This document shows positions 1-9,971 of a DNA stretch of 64,000 nt, piece by piece. Numbering within the stretch: the first letter of the stretch is position 1; each line of letters opens with the position of its first letter. The DNA lies in assembly GCA_963764165.1 (NCBI GenBank), contig CAVXRD010000002.1, positions 1,312,001 through 1,376,000 on the forward strand. Reading direction: 5' to 3'. Under the pieces are notes generated by a model, which was not told the DNA's origin, made no database searches, and was given only the letters and a program-made list of their open reading frames with translations. Source of the DNA: an uncultured Verrucomicrobiae bacterium. GTDB lineage: Bacteria; Verrucomicrobiota; Verrucomicrobiia; Limisphaerales; Palsa-1400. A program made the position numbers and the translations under genes.

Positions 1-330
1 TTTTTCCTCAAGATCCAGCGTTCTAATCACGTTTGTCAGAATCCGATAGGATTCCAAAACCTTAAACTCCGTAGTAAGAAAGTACGGGTCCGTGCTCATG
101 AACGCGGCGTGCATTTCCCCATTAAGCGCCACCTCGGGATCGTCCTTTTGGACGCGCATATCCAGCGAGCTTGAATACGACTTGGGCAGCCAGATTGTCA
201 GCAGCGTGCTGGTGACCACGCACAATAGAAAAACCACCAAAATCAAGCTTCGGCGCAACCGGATGACGCGCCAATAGTCCAAGAAATGCAGTTTTAGCTC
301 CGGGGAATCGTTATTCGTCACTAGGTCCAT
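1..330 (-). CDS. Wzc/Wzz-type polysaccharide chain-length determinant / tyrosine autokinase, N-terminal part (runs off the window edge)
   Basis: Manual translation from ATG at 330: MDLVTNNDSPELKLHFLDYWRVIRLRRSLILVVFLLCVVTSTLLTIWLPKSYSSS...; the DYW-plus-TM-helix-PxxY pattern is typical of Wzz/Wzc N-termini; lies downstream of an OM beta-barrel gene. Confidence 0.75.
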   Translation of the reverse strand, partial: MDLVTNNDSPELKLHFLDYWRVIRLRRSLILVVFLLCVVTSTLLTIWLPKSYSSSLDMRVQKDDPEVALNGEMHAAFMSTDPYFLTTEFKVLESYRILTNVIRTLDLEEK

Positions 331-417
331 AGTATCAAAAAAAGAAAGCTAGATCGTATTCGTATACGTTCTAGCCTTCGTGCAAAAAGGTCAATTTTAT
401 TTTGAAACAATCTTCAG

Positions 418-1836
418 CTAGTAGGTCGCGCGAACGCCGACATACATGAAGTCGCGGGTATACGAGCGATCCGCCAAGTCGGATTTCAAACGGTTGTAAT
501 CATATCCGGCTTCCGCAGAAAGCCACGGGCTGAAGGCATAAGCGAACTTGATTTGCAAAATGAAAAATGCATCCTTTTCGCTGTCGTAACTGGACCCCGG
601 CGCATTAAAAGACGAAAGCTGAGCCTGGCCCAATATAGTCGCGGTTAACTTCTCCGTGAGTTTATGGGTGTCCGAAAGGTAAACCGCTGTGGTTTCCTCA
701 TCCACCACAGGGATGGTGCCGCCAGTAGCGGTATCGCCGGGGGCGCCAACGACGTCCGTGGCGTTGTGGACATGCCTTACACCCAATTGAACGTTGCACC
801 CATTTTGATACTGGTCAGCAATGCTTGCGTCGACGTAAGGTGAAACCACGCTATTCGGCGCCGAATTGCCATATTGGTCAACGTTCTTGTAATAATCAAT
901 ATACTCACCACCGGCCCTGATCGAGCCCATGAACTGTGAGGTGAAGTTGTGATCAACGCCCAAGAACGCATAGTGGGAGTAGGAATTACGCACATCGCTG
1001 CGATCACCCTTAAAGGGTGGGCCACTATAACCGGGCGGCGGGGCATAGCCCGATCCCCCGCCATACGGATAGTTAATGTACTCTTGGCTGGTGTAAGCTG
1101 TCTCACCAAATTGATAGCCAACTTTGGCAGTGGTCACATCAGTCAGCTTCCAGCTAAGATCAAGCGTGGCGAGCTGCTCCATGCGGTTCAACAAAGCTGA
1201 GCGGCTGGGCTGTCCCGTATAGGCCCCATACACCGGCCCACGAAACGGATAGCCAATAACGGAATCCGCCAACTGCGGATAGGCATAGAGGGTATTGTTG
1301 TAACCCAAATGCAAATCCAGCGACTTGGTGAGGGAGTCGGTGAAGCTCGCCGTGCCGGTATTGCGAATGTTATCGCCTTCAACGCGCAAGGGCGAGGAAA
1401 TCACCGACGGATCAATGACCGTGGGTTCCTGGGCGACGACGAACGATTCGGTCAACCCGATTTTATAGCGCTCGCTAAACTCCCGCTGATAGCCGGCATT
1501 TAACTGGTGGGTTTGGTCGACCGTGCTGTGGTTTTCGTACCAGCGAACGTCATAAACATAGCTCACGGACATCAATGACGTTTCGACGGAATGGTTCCAC
1601 GCCGCGGAAGGAATTGCCTCGGTCCCCCAGCTCGCGATCCGCGGGTGGACTACTCCCCCTGCGGTCACAAATGAAGAGGGCTGAGTCAAATAGTTGTCGT
1701 CGTAAAAACCACGAAGGGAAGCCGCCAGCGTCCAATCTTTGGCCTGTTCGTTCGCACCCAGTCCAGGCGCATATTGAGCTTGGGCAAAAGCCCCGCTCAG
1801 AACTGTCAATCCAACAGCAGCAATTACTTTATTCAT
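418..1836 (-). CDS. Outer-membrane beta-barrel protein (EPS-export-associated, BBP2-like)
   Basis: Signal peptide, alternating amphipathic beta-strands, C-terminal aromatic motif (YVGVRATY), next to a wzc-like gene. Confidence 0.7.
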   Translation of the reverse strand: MNKVIAAVGLTVLSGAFAQAQYAPGLGANEQAKDWTLAASLRGFYDDNYLTQPSSFVTAGGVVHPRIASWGTEAIPSAAWNHSVETSLMSVSYVYDVRWYENHSTVDQTHQLNAGYQREFSERYKIGLTESFVVAQEPTVIDPSVISSPLRVEGDNIRNTGTASFTDSLTKSLDLHLGYNNTLYAYPQLADSVIGYPFRGPVYGAYTGQPSRSALLNRMEQLATLDLSWKLTDVTTAKVGYQFGETAYTSQEYINYPYGGGSGYAPPPGYSGPPFKGDRSDVRNSYSHYAFLGVDHNFTSQFMGSIRAGGEYIDYYKNVDQYGNSAPNSVVSPYVDASIADQYQNGCNVQLGVRHVHNATDVVGAPGDTATGGTIPVVDEETTAVYLSDTHKLTEKLTATILGQAQLSSFNAPGSSYDSEKDAFFILQIKFAYAFSPWLSAEAGYDYNRLKSDLADRSYTRDFMYVGVRATY

Positions 1837-1975
1837 AAGATATTTTGATTTACGTCCCTCACTCCATACGGCTTCTTTACGCTTTCAGCGATGGAGACTC
1901 ATTAACCTTGTGGATTTCTAAGCGGTGTCCACAAATTTGTCAAAAGAAAATTTTTCCTTTTTTTTGAACATTTTC

Positions 1976-3745
1976 TCAACGGGACGCCGGCGCGAGCCGC
2001 CAGCGGGCCTGGTCGCTCAGCAAGATCTGATACGGCAAGAGCTGTTTTGGGGCATTCGTCAAGGGGAATCCCGGCGGCACCTGGCCGTGGGATTCGCACT
2101 CGTAGGCGAACCTCTCCCAGCTTTTCTGGTTCAGCACCATTTGGGTCAAATAGCGCGAATTCATAGTTTTCTGTGTCAAGAAGACTCCCTTGATCTGGCG
2201 CAAGCCGCTGAACTGGTAGAACTCGTTGTCGTCATCCAGCGGCAGCCAGCCGCACGTCCGGTCCCCATACCACGCCACGGCGCCCGGGACGTCGCTGATC
2301 ATAAATTCATCCGGGCGCATGAGTTTTGCGACGCGCTGAATGTGCGGCGGGGAATACGGCGTTTCTGGGTCGGGGAAATATCCGTGCAGCATGGCCATCG
2401 CCAGAGGCGCGCACGAAACAAGAACAAAGGCTCCCACAATGGCGCCCCGAGCGTCCATTTCCACGATATGCAGTTGATCCAGAAGCGTATAAAAAAGGGC
2501 GACGCCAAAGACAAACACCAGGGGCGCGACGATCACAAGCAGGTTTTCCGAGTTAAAATCCGGAGAATCGGACGACAAATGGGTCTGCCCGGTGGCCTGC
2601 AGCACAAAAAGCAGGGCGACCGAAATCAGAACAAAAATTCGAAACCGGCCCAGCGCGACATTGCGAAATGGAATGAATAATCCCACCAGAAAAAACGAGG
2701 AGATCCAGCTTCCTCCCATGCGGGTAAGTTCGCTGCGCCAGATTTCCTGACCATGGGCCAGAAATTTGTCAACGACCTCCAATGGACTTATATGGTGCAC
2801 GGCGGCAGTCGGGTCAAAGGAGCGTTCCAACGCGTCTCCAAAAAAGGGCCCTGTCTGGTCAAGAACGGCATAGCCCGCCGTGCCGAAGGCGGTTCCAGTC
2901 AATATTATATTGCGGGCGACCCACGGTCCCAATACCGCCAAAAAAGCGATCACCGCTACAGTTGCATACTTGGCGCGCCCCGCGCCGCCCGATCGCGACA
3001 TGAAAATCAAGACTGGAATAATCATCCAGGCCATCGCGTATCGCGTCAGAGCGGCCAAACCCATCGCCGCGCCAATCCAAGCGGCCAGGCCGAGCGTGCC
3101 CCAGCCGGCTTTGTCGGCCAATCGCCGTTGCTGAAACCGAATCATCCCCATAACGCCCACCAAAAAGATAACAATCAGCCAGGAAGTCGAAACTCCCGAG
3201 AACGTAAATCGCCAATATAAATTAGTGCATGTAAAAAGCGCAGCCGACATCCACGCCACGCGGCCGTCAAACAGACGTTTTGCTATGCAGTAGAGCAGTA
3301 CAGCGGAAAGAAAGAGCCCGAATTGGTTGAACAGCCCAATCCAGCGGTCGGGCGTGAAATACCAATCCTGGTTGTCATCCGCCACATAATCAAAATGGAG
3401 CACGGACATCAGCCCCGCCAACAGCACCGGATAGACCGGAGCATTGGAAACATCCGGCACCGGTTTGCGCAGAACGCGTCCGGCTTCGCCTGGGTTCGCC
3501 TCACGCCCAATCAAATAGGCGGCGAGCGGACGAACCGACTCAGTCGTGTAACCCTTGCCGCGCGAAATATTCCGCGCCAATTGCGCGTTCTCCATCGCCT
3601 CTTCGCTTGTAAAACATAGTCCTGGATACGCCAGCGCATCGACCAGCCCCGCCACGGCGACGAACCCGAGGATGGCCGCCAGCACGCGAAGCAGTTTTGC
3701 CCCGGCACCCACTTCCCAGTGATGAATCCATTCCTGAAGGCGCAT
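1976..3745 (-). CDS. Polytopic membrane glycosyltransferase (GT-C fold, PMT/ArnT-like)
   Basis: Many TM helices; motifs LARNISRGKGY, PVYP.LLA, ALTRY, PWVARN. Confidence 0.7.
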   Translation of the reverse strand: MRLQEWIHHWEVGAGAKLLRVLAAILGFVAVAGLVDALAYPGLCFTSEEAMENAQLARNISRGKGYTTESVRPLAAYLIGREANPGEAGRVLRKPVPDVSNAPVYPVLLAGLMSVLHFDYVADDNQDWYFTPDRWIGLFNQFGLFLSAVLLYCIAKRLFDGRVAWMSAALFTCTNLYWRFTFSGVSTSWLIVIFLVGVMGMIRFQQRRLADKAGWGTLGLAAWIGAAMGLAALTRYAMAWMIIPVLIFMSRSGGAGRAKYATVAVIAFLAVLGPWVARNIILTGTAFGTAGYAVLDQTGPFFGDALERSFDPTAAVHHISPLEVVDKFLAHGQEIWRSELTRMGGSWISSFFLVGLFIPFRNVALGRFRIFVLISVALLFVLQATGQTHLSSDSPDFNSENLLVIVAPLVFVFGVALFYTLLDQLHIVEMDARGAIVGAFVLVSCAPLAMAMLHGYFPDPETPYSPPHIQRVAKLMRPDEFMISDVPGAVAWYGDRTCGWLPLDDDNEFYQFSGLRQIKGVFLTQKTMNSRYLTQMVLNQKSWERFAYECESHGQVPPGFPLTNAPKQLLPYQILLSDQARWRLAPASR

Positions 3746-5122
3746 TTAGAGGCCCTCCAAATGATAGTGATTTATTTTGCGATGCAGATTGCGGCGGCTC
3801 ATCCCAAGCCGTTTGGCGGCGGCGGTCCGGTTGCTGCCGCAATCCTTGAGCGCGCGGATGATCAACTGTTTCTCCGCATCCGCAACCGTGAGATCCGGCT
3901 GCGAAAGGATTCGCGAGGGGCTGCCGCCGGGGGCCGAACTGCGAAGGCTGGCGGGCAGACTGCGGAGGTCGACCCTTTCCGTTCGGGCGAGCACGACGGC
4001 ATGCTCGATCGCCGTGCGCAATTCGCGCACATTTCCCGGCCAGCTATAATTCATCAACGCTTCGAGCGCTTCTGGTGTAAAATCGTTCACATTTTTATCG
4101 TTCTCTTTGGCAAACTCCTTCAAAAAAGTCCGCGCCAGCAGCGGAATATCGCCCGTCCGCTCCCGCAACGGCGGAAGCAGGATGGGCATCACCGCGAGGC
4201 GGAAATACAAATCTTCCCGGAATTTTCCGTCTCTGGCCATCTCCTGCAAATTCTTGTTGGTCGCGGCGATGAGCCGGACGTCCGCTGTCAACACTTTGTT
4301 TGAGCCGACCCTCTCGAAACTGCGCTCGCCCAGGAAGCGAAGCAGCTTCACCTGGATGGTGGCATCGATTTCCCCGATCTCATCCAGAAACAGCGTGCCG
4401 CCCTGCGCCTGCTCAAAACGCCCGACGCGCTTTTCGTAAGCGCCGGTGAAAGCGCCCTTCTCATGGCCGAACAATTCGCTCTCAAGCAGCATCGGCGAAA
4501 GGGCGGCGCAGTGAACGGTCACCATCGGGCCTTGCGCGCGCGGGCTGAGCTGGTGCAGCGCCTTGGCGATCAGCTCCTTGCCGGTGCCGCTTTCTCCCAG
4601 CAGCAAAACCGTCGTGCGCGCCGGGGCGACCTGGCGCACGGTGTCAAACACCTCCTGCATCGCGGGCGATTGGCCGACGATGTTGTCCAGCCCGAATTTG
4701 CTTTGCAATTGCTGGCGAAGCGAGACGTTTTCCACTTCCAATTGCGTCTGCCGCAGGGCGCGCGAGATTTTCAATTCGAGCTCGTCGATCTGCAGCCGGC
4801 CCTTGGCGATGTAATCGTCGGCCCGATGCTTGACAAGAGCGTCCACCGCAAACTCCTCCGAGCCGTAGGCGGTCATCAAAATGCACACCGGCGGCTTGGG
4901 CAGCGATTTGGCCCGCGCAATCAGCTTGAGGCCGTCCTCCTGCGGCAGCCTGAAATCTGTCAAGAGAACAGCAAATTCCTGCTCCTCCAGCAGCGCGGTG
5001 GCGGATTTGGCGTCCTCGGCCACCCAAACATCGTAATGATCTTCCAGCGCCGCCCGCAGGCCGTCGCGCTGGGGCTTCTCGTCGTCAACGATCAGCAGCA
5101 TCGGTTTCGTCGCGGAGTTCAT
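3746..5122 (-). CDS. Sigma54-dependent response regulator (NtrC/AtoC family)
   Basis: REC domain (LIVDDE), Walker A GESGTGKE, GAFTGA, LFLDEIGE, WPGNVREL, C-terminal Fis HTH. Confidence 0.95.
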   Translation of the reverse strand: MNSATKPMLLIVDDEKPQRDGLRAALEDHYDVWVAEDAKSATALLEEQEFAVLLTDFRLPQEDGLKLIARAKSLPKPPVCILMTAYGSEEFAVDALVKHRADDYIAKGRLQIDELELKISRALRQTQLEVENVSLRQQLQSKFGLDNIVGQSPAMQEVFDTVRQVAPARTTVLLLGESGTGKELIAKALHQLSPRAQGPMVTVHCAALSPMLLESELFGHEKGAFTGAYEKRVGRFEQAQGGTLFLDEIGEIDATIQVKLLRFLGERSFERVGSNKVLTADVRLIAATNKNLQEMARDGKFREDLYFRLAVMPILLPPLRERTGDIPLLARTFLKEFAKENDKNVNDFTPEALEALMNYSWPGNVRELRTAIEHAVVLARTERVDLRSLPASLRSSAPGGSPSRILSQPDLTVADAEKQLIIRALKDCGSNRTAAAKRLGMSRRNLHRKINHYHLEGL

Positions 5123-6374
5123 TCAGTGGAATTTCGGTTTTGGTGGCGCCCAGCAATTTCGGCGGGCGCTCATGCATCGGCAGTCGGATGCGGAATGTGG
5201 TCCCCTGCCCGACGCGGCTCTCCAATTGGATATGCCCGCCATGATTGCGAACAATGCGCTGCACAATCATCAGGCCGAGGCCAGTGCCCTTTTTCTTCGT
5301 GGTGTAGAAGGGTTCGAAAATGTGATTCAGCTTGTCGGCCGGGATGCCTCCGCCCGTGTCGGACACATCCACCCACACCCAATCGCCAGAGCTGCCCGAT
5401 TGAAGGCTCAGCACTCCGCCGCGCGTCATGGCTTGCATGGCGTTGCGCATTAAATTAATCAGCACCTGCTTCATTTGCCCCGCGTCCAGCGGCGCGGGCG
5501 GCAGGCGGCGGGCCAGTTTGTCTTTCACCTGCACGCCGCGATTTTCCAACTCGGGCCGGAGCAATTCCAGCGTTTCGCGAACGACGTCGTTCATCGAACC
5601 CGGCGTCAATTGCGGCGGCGATGGCCGGATGGCCTGAAGAAATTGTGTGACAATGTAATCGAGGCGGTGAATTTCGCCTTTCGCAACGTCAATATAATGC
5701 TCGAGCTTTTGGGCTGTCTCCGCGACATCGGGCGCCACCTTCGGTTCTCGCTGTGGAAAACGGCGCGTCTCCCCCGTGACGGCGGGGTGGCGCAATTTGC
5801 GAACCTCCTTGGCCAGCAACTGCAAGTGGATGTTCAGCGCGTTGAGCGGATTCCCGATTTCATGCGCAACGCTCGCCGCCAGCAGCGTTAAAGAATGCAG
5901 GCGCTCGCTTTCGATGGCCTCGAAGGTTTGCTGGCGCGCTTCCGTCGCGTCGTGAAAAATGAGCGCCATGCCAAGCCCTGCCCTCGTTTCGCCATCGAGA
6001 GGCGAGGCGTAAACTCGCAGGAACCGCGGGCGCGGATAACTGACCTCGAATTCGTGCTGAGTGGCGCGCTGGCGGCCGTTCGAGGCGGGCGAACTGATGC
6101 TCTCCCAGTCCAGTTCCGGCAGAAAATCCGCCAAGGGCCGCCCCTCCGCCTGCTCGGACGTGATGCTCAAGAGACGCGTGACCGCGAGGTTGAGGTAAAT
6201 TATCCGTCCGTTTTCATCGACCACCATGATGCCGTCTTCAATCGCGTTGAAGACCGTTTCGAGAAAATGACGCTCGCGAGCCAGCCGTTGGACAACGGTT
6301 TGGAGCCCTTCGGCATCCATCCGATTCAACCGACCCATGACACGATCTACAAAACTGGATTTTGCTGGAGCCAT
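5085..6374 (-). CDS. Cytoplasmic PAS-domain sensor histidine kinase
   Basis: PAS (IEDGIMVVDENGRI), H-box AHEIGNPL, N-box NLMRNA, G-boxes DTGGGI and GTGLGL. Confidence 0.93.
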   Translation of the reverse strand: MAPAKSSFVDRVMGRLNRMDAEGLQTVVQRLARERHFLETVFNAIEDGIMVVDENGRIIYLNLAVTRLLSITSEQAEGRPLADFLPELDWESISSPASNGRQRATQHEFEVSYPRPRFLRVYASPLDGETRAGLGMALIFHDATEARQQTFEAIESERLHSLTLLAASVAHEIGNPLNALNIHLQLLAKEVRKLRHPAVTGETRRFPQREPKVAPDVAETAQKLEHYIDVAKGEIHRLDYIVTQFLQAIRPSPPQLTPGSMNDVVRETLELLRPELENRGVQVKDKLARRLPPAPLDAGQMKQVLINLMRNAMQAMTRGGVLSLQSGSSGDWVWVDVSDTGGGIPADKLNHIFEPFYTTKKKGTGLGLMIVQRIVRNHGGHIQLESRVGQGTTFRIRLPMHERPPKLLGATKTEIPLNELRDETDAADR

Positions 6375-6406
6375 AACCCTCAAATTATTTCACGACAATT
6401 CGACAG

Positions 6407-6680
6407 TGTGCGCCATTTTGACACAGTTCTTAAAGCGTGACAATGGGCAATTTAAGGACAAAAACATCCCGGCCTGCGCGATTTTTATCCCGCATTTTTG
6501 GTCCGCTTTTTCAAAAAAGCAGGTGAGATTAGCTGGGATTTGGTGATGATCCTTGAAGCAGCGCGCGCCCGCCTCCCAATGACGCAACGCGGAATTTCCT
6601 GCACTGGCGCGGCAAGGATGGACGATCGGGTAACCGTCCGGCGCCAGATTGAATTTGGCGCTGTGAGACGATTTGACACA
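6407..6680. promoter_or_regulatory. Two copies of a TGTG-N11-CACA dyad (6407-6425, 6662-6680); candidate enhancer-binding-protein sites
   Basis: TGTGCGCCATTTTGACACA and TGTGAGACGATTTGACACA upstream of the HK/sigma54-RR genes. Confidence 0.3.
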
Positions 6681-7141
6681 AAGGCGCCGCCACAAGACGC
6701 AAAAAAGAAACCAAATCCCCGATTGCACGCGCCCAATCTGCGCAGGCCAGATTCCAGCCTCTGCGTCTGACATGTTCATATGACATTTCATATAAATGAA
6801 CACAGGTTTGCATAGTCTGTGGGACAGAGAAAACCTCCCAGATGTTTTCAGGCATGATTTCTGAAGAAATATTGGGAAAAATTGAATCTGAAGCTCATGG
6901 GTTCGGGAATAGACCGGCCACCGACGGCGAGTCCGGCTAGAAAAGAGCCACAGATGGGCACAGATCAACCCAGATAAATCAAAAATCTGTGTCGAACTGT
7001 AACTCTGTGGCCAATTCCTTTGGTCCGACGTTGCGTTCCCAGGCGGGATGCAGGTCGCGCCCACCGCGCTGCTGAAAAGCGGGATTCGACCCATTGCTTG
7101 AGCAAGCGGCACCCACCGCAACGAACTTCTGATTTGGCGCG

Positions 7142-8518
7142 TTATCTTTTGACCGCCAAATCAACGCAGACGATTTCGCGGTCGTTGCGGACGTACATGC
7201 GCCGGTTGGCGAAGGCGGGGTGGGACCAATCGACCAGGCGTCCGGCGTCGCGGTTGTCGGGGTCGATCACGCGGGCACGGCTGATTTCTTCGTAACCCTT
7301 GGGCGTCAGGCGGGCGATGATCAAATCGCCTTTCTCGTTGAATAGGAAAAAGCGATCCTGATCCTGATTCTTGACGATGAAGGCATTAGCCCAGCGCATT
7401 TCCTTGCCATCGGGCGTGGTGGCGTTGAAGGTTTCCCAAATGCGCTCGCCAGTGGCCGCGTTGAGGCAGCGCAACTGGCCGTAGCTGCAAACGCCATAGA
7501 TATATCCATCTTCCAGAAACGGCGTGCTCAGCGTCGAATGCAGCGCGTCGGTGTTTTTCTCGCTGACGCGCTGGCTCTGCCAAAGGGTGGTGGCGGCCGG
7601 TTTGGATTTATCAAGCTGGAGCATCCATGAGCCGTTGTAAAAGCAGGTCAGGAAAAGGTCATCGCCCATTTTGCGCGGAGTGGGAATTGTCATTCCGGCG
7701 CGGGCGGATTGCGTGGGTCTCAATGACCAGTAGACCTTGCCCGTGGAGGGATCAAGGGAATTGACGGATTCGGGATGCCAGACGATGAGCTGCTTGACGC
7801 CGCCTGCGTCAATAATAATCGGGGTGCAATAGCCGGGCTCCTTGGAACCCAGGGCGCGCCAAATCTCGCCGCCGGTGTCCTTGTCGAACGCCACGACGGT
7901 CGAATTGGATCCGCCCGCGAGGCAAATCAGGCGGCTGCCGTCCAGCAGCGGATTGCCGGCGAATCCCCACATGGGAGTCGCGATGTGAAAGTCGGATTTG
8001 AAATCGCGCGACCAAAGCAGCGTGCCCTTCGCCGCGTCCAAACAGCTCAAATTTCCCTCGGCGCCAAGCGTGTAGACCTTGTTGCCGCTGATGAGCGGCG
8101 TGGCGCGGGGGCCGGAGGGGTAGCTGACGGTATAGGGGCAATCGTATTCGTAGCGCCAAGCGACCTTTCCATTGGCCGCATTCAAACACACGACGCTTTC
8201 TTTTCCGGGAATGCTGCCGCGGGCGAACGGATCAGAAGGCTTTTCAGCGGGATTGGCAAAGTGGTGGTCGAGCACGTATACGCGCTTGCGCGCCACCGCC
8301 GGGCCGGAGTAGCCGGAACCAATATTCGCCCGCCAGATTACGGCAGGGCCGTTCGATGGAAATGCGCGGATAATACCCGTTTCGCGCCAAATGCTGTCCC
8401 GCTGCGGCCCCAGCCATTGCGGCCAATCATCGGCGCGAACAGCCGCGGTGCCGCACGCCAAAAGAATTGCGAGCCAGAGTTTGGCACAGGCATGAATGCA
8501 GGAAATGTTACGGCGCAT
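7142..8518 (-). CDS. PQQ-binding-like beta-propeller protein (BamB-like)
   Basis: Signal peptide followed by DWPQWLGPQRD; repeated LDAAxG..LW blades. Confidence 0.85.
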   Translation of the reverse strand: MRRNISCIHACAKLWLAILLACGTAAVRADDWPQWLGPQRDSIWRETGIIRAFPSNGPAVIWRANIGSGYSGPAVARKRVYVLDHHFANPAEKPSDPFARGSIPGKESVVCLNAANGKVAWRYEYDCPYTVSYPSGPRATPLISGNKVYTLGAEGNLSCLDAAKGTLLWSRDFKSDFHIATPMWGFAGNPLLDGSRLICLAGGSNSTVVAFDKDTGGEIWRALGSKEPGYCTPIIIDAGGVKQLIVWHPESVNSLDPSTGKVYWSLRPTQSARAGMTIPTPRKMGDDLFLTCFYNGSWMLQLDKSKPAATTLWQSQRVSEKNTDALHSTLSTPFLEDGYIYGVCSYGQLRCLNAATGERIWETFNATTPDGKEMRWANAFIVKNQDQDRFFLFNEKGDLIIARLTPKGYEEISRARVIDPDNRDAGRLVDWSHPAFANRRMYVRNDREIVCVDLAVKR

Positions 8519-8535
8519 GAGCAGTGTGAGCCGCG

Positions 8536-9837
8536 CTACGACGATTTCACGCCGTTGATTTCACGCACGATGAAAGGCGCGAACTCGTCGCGGAAATGGG
8601 GCGGGATGCGCGCGCAAAAGCGCGCCTTCTCCCCGGCGTAATCGCGCTCGGTCACTTCCGCCACTTCGTGCAGCCGGGCGACCAGCGCAGACTCATCATG
8701 CGGGATGCGCAGCTCGACATATTCGCGAATGGGACGCAATTGCGAGCCGAGTTCATCGATTAATTCCTCCATGCCAGTCCCGTTGGCCGCCGAAACCGCC
8801 ACCGCGTTCGGATAATGCCGCACAAACTTTTCCAGCACCGCCGGGCTTTCGCATTTGTCGATTTTGTTGAAGACCATGATCGTCGGTTTGCCGTCTGCGC
8901 CAATTTCCCGCAAAACGCTGTTGACCGCCGCAATTTGCTCTTCGGCTTGCGGATGGCTGACATCGACGACGTGCAAGAGCAACTCGGCCTGCACCACTTC
9001 TTCCAGCGTCGCCTTGAACGCTTCGACGAGGCCGTGCGGAAGCTTGCGGATGAAACCCACCGTATCTGTCAAATAAACGTTTTGATTGGTCGGCAATCGG
9101 AAACGGCGGGTGGACGGATCCAGCGTGGCGAAAAGCTTGTCCTCGGCGAGGGCGTTGGCGCCTGTGAGCGCGTTGAGGAGCGTTGATTTCCCGGCGTTGG
9201 TGTAGCCGACAATCGAGGCGAGGGGCCAGAATTGCCGCTGGCGTCCGCTGCGCTGGGTGGCGCGATGGCGGCGGACGGCTTCGAGATCGGCCGTAAGGCG
9301 CTCGATGCGTTCCTGCACGCGGCGGCGGTCGGTTTCGAGCTGCGATTCGCCTTCGCCGCCGCGCATGCCGATGCCGCCGGATTGGCGGGAAAGGTGGCCC
9401 CAGAATCGGGTCAATCGCGGGAGCAGGTGCTGCAATTGGGCCAGCTCCACCTGCAATTTTCCTTCGCGCGTGCGGGCGCGCTGGGCGAAAATGTCGAGAA
9501 TCAGCGCCGTGCGATCCAGCACTTTGCAGGCAAAAACTTTCTCCAAATTGCGGCCTTGGGCGGGAGACAATTCATCGTCGAAAACCACAGTGTCGACTTT
9601 GTTCTTGCGGCAGAATTCGGCGAATTCCTCCGCCTTGCCGGGGCCGATAAACGTGCTGGCCACGGGTGCTTCGAGTTTTTGCACGCCGTCGCCGATGACC
9701 GCGCCGCCGGCGGTGGCCGCCAATTCGCCAAGTTCGTCGAGGGAATCGCGCGTTTTCCAGCTTGAGCCTGATTTGAGTTCCAAACCGATGAGGAAGACCC
9801 GTTCGGTCCGTTTAGTCGTCGAGATGAGAGCTTTCAA
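8536..9837 (-). CDS. hflX: GTPase HflX
   Basis: GYTNAGKS, LFATLD, DTVGF, NKID; N-terminal ILDIFAQRARTREGKLQVELAQL. Confidence 0.97.
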   Translation of the reverse strand: MKALISTTKRTERVFLIGLELKSGSSWKTRDSLDELGELAATAGGAVIGDGVQKLEAPVASTFIGPGKAEEFAEFCRKNKVDTVVFDDELSPAQGRNLEKVFACKVLDRTALILDIFAQRARTREGKLQVELAQLQHLLPRLTRFWGHLSRQSGGIGMRGGEGESQLETDRRRVQERIERLTADLEAVRRHRATQRSGRQRQFWPLASIVGYTNAGKSTLLNALTGANALAEDKLFATLDPSTRRFRLPTNQNVYLTDTVGFIRKLPHGLVEAFKATLEEVVQAELLLHVVDVSHPQAEEQIAAVNSVLREIGADGKPTIMVFNKIDKCESPAVLEKFVRHYPNAVAVSAANGTGMEELIDELGSQLRPIREYVELRIPHDESALVARLHEVAEVTERDYAGEKARFCARIPPHFRDEFAPFIVREINGVKSS

Positions 9838-9971
9838 TCGTTCGCTTCGCTATGTCGCTTGACGGCACAAGCTACTACGGGTCGGCGGCAATAGCCAGCG
9901 GGAAGGCATGCTGTTCCATGGGATCTATGGGACGCATAGGACTCATAGGACAGATCGGGCAGCAACCGCCG

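Noticed and set aside
6390..7121. 243-aa ORF in the HK upstream region
   Set aside because: No motifs, atypical composition, runs through repeat sequence; treated as non-coding
9918..9952. Short 9-nt periodic repeats (ATGGGA.CT / CATAGGAC), with similar ones at ~6945-7010 and ~36893-36920
   Set aside because: Low-complexity intergenic repeats with too few units to support a function
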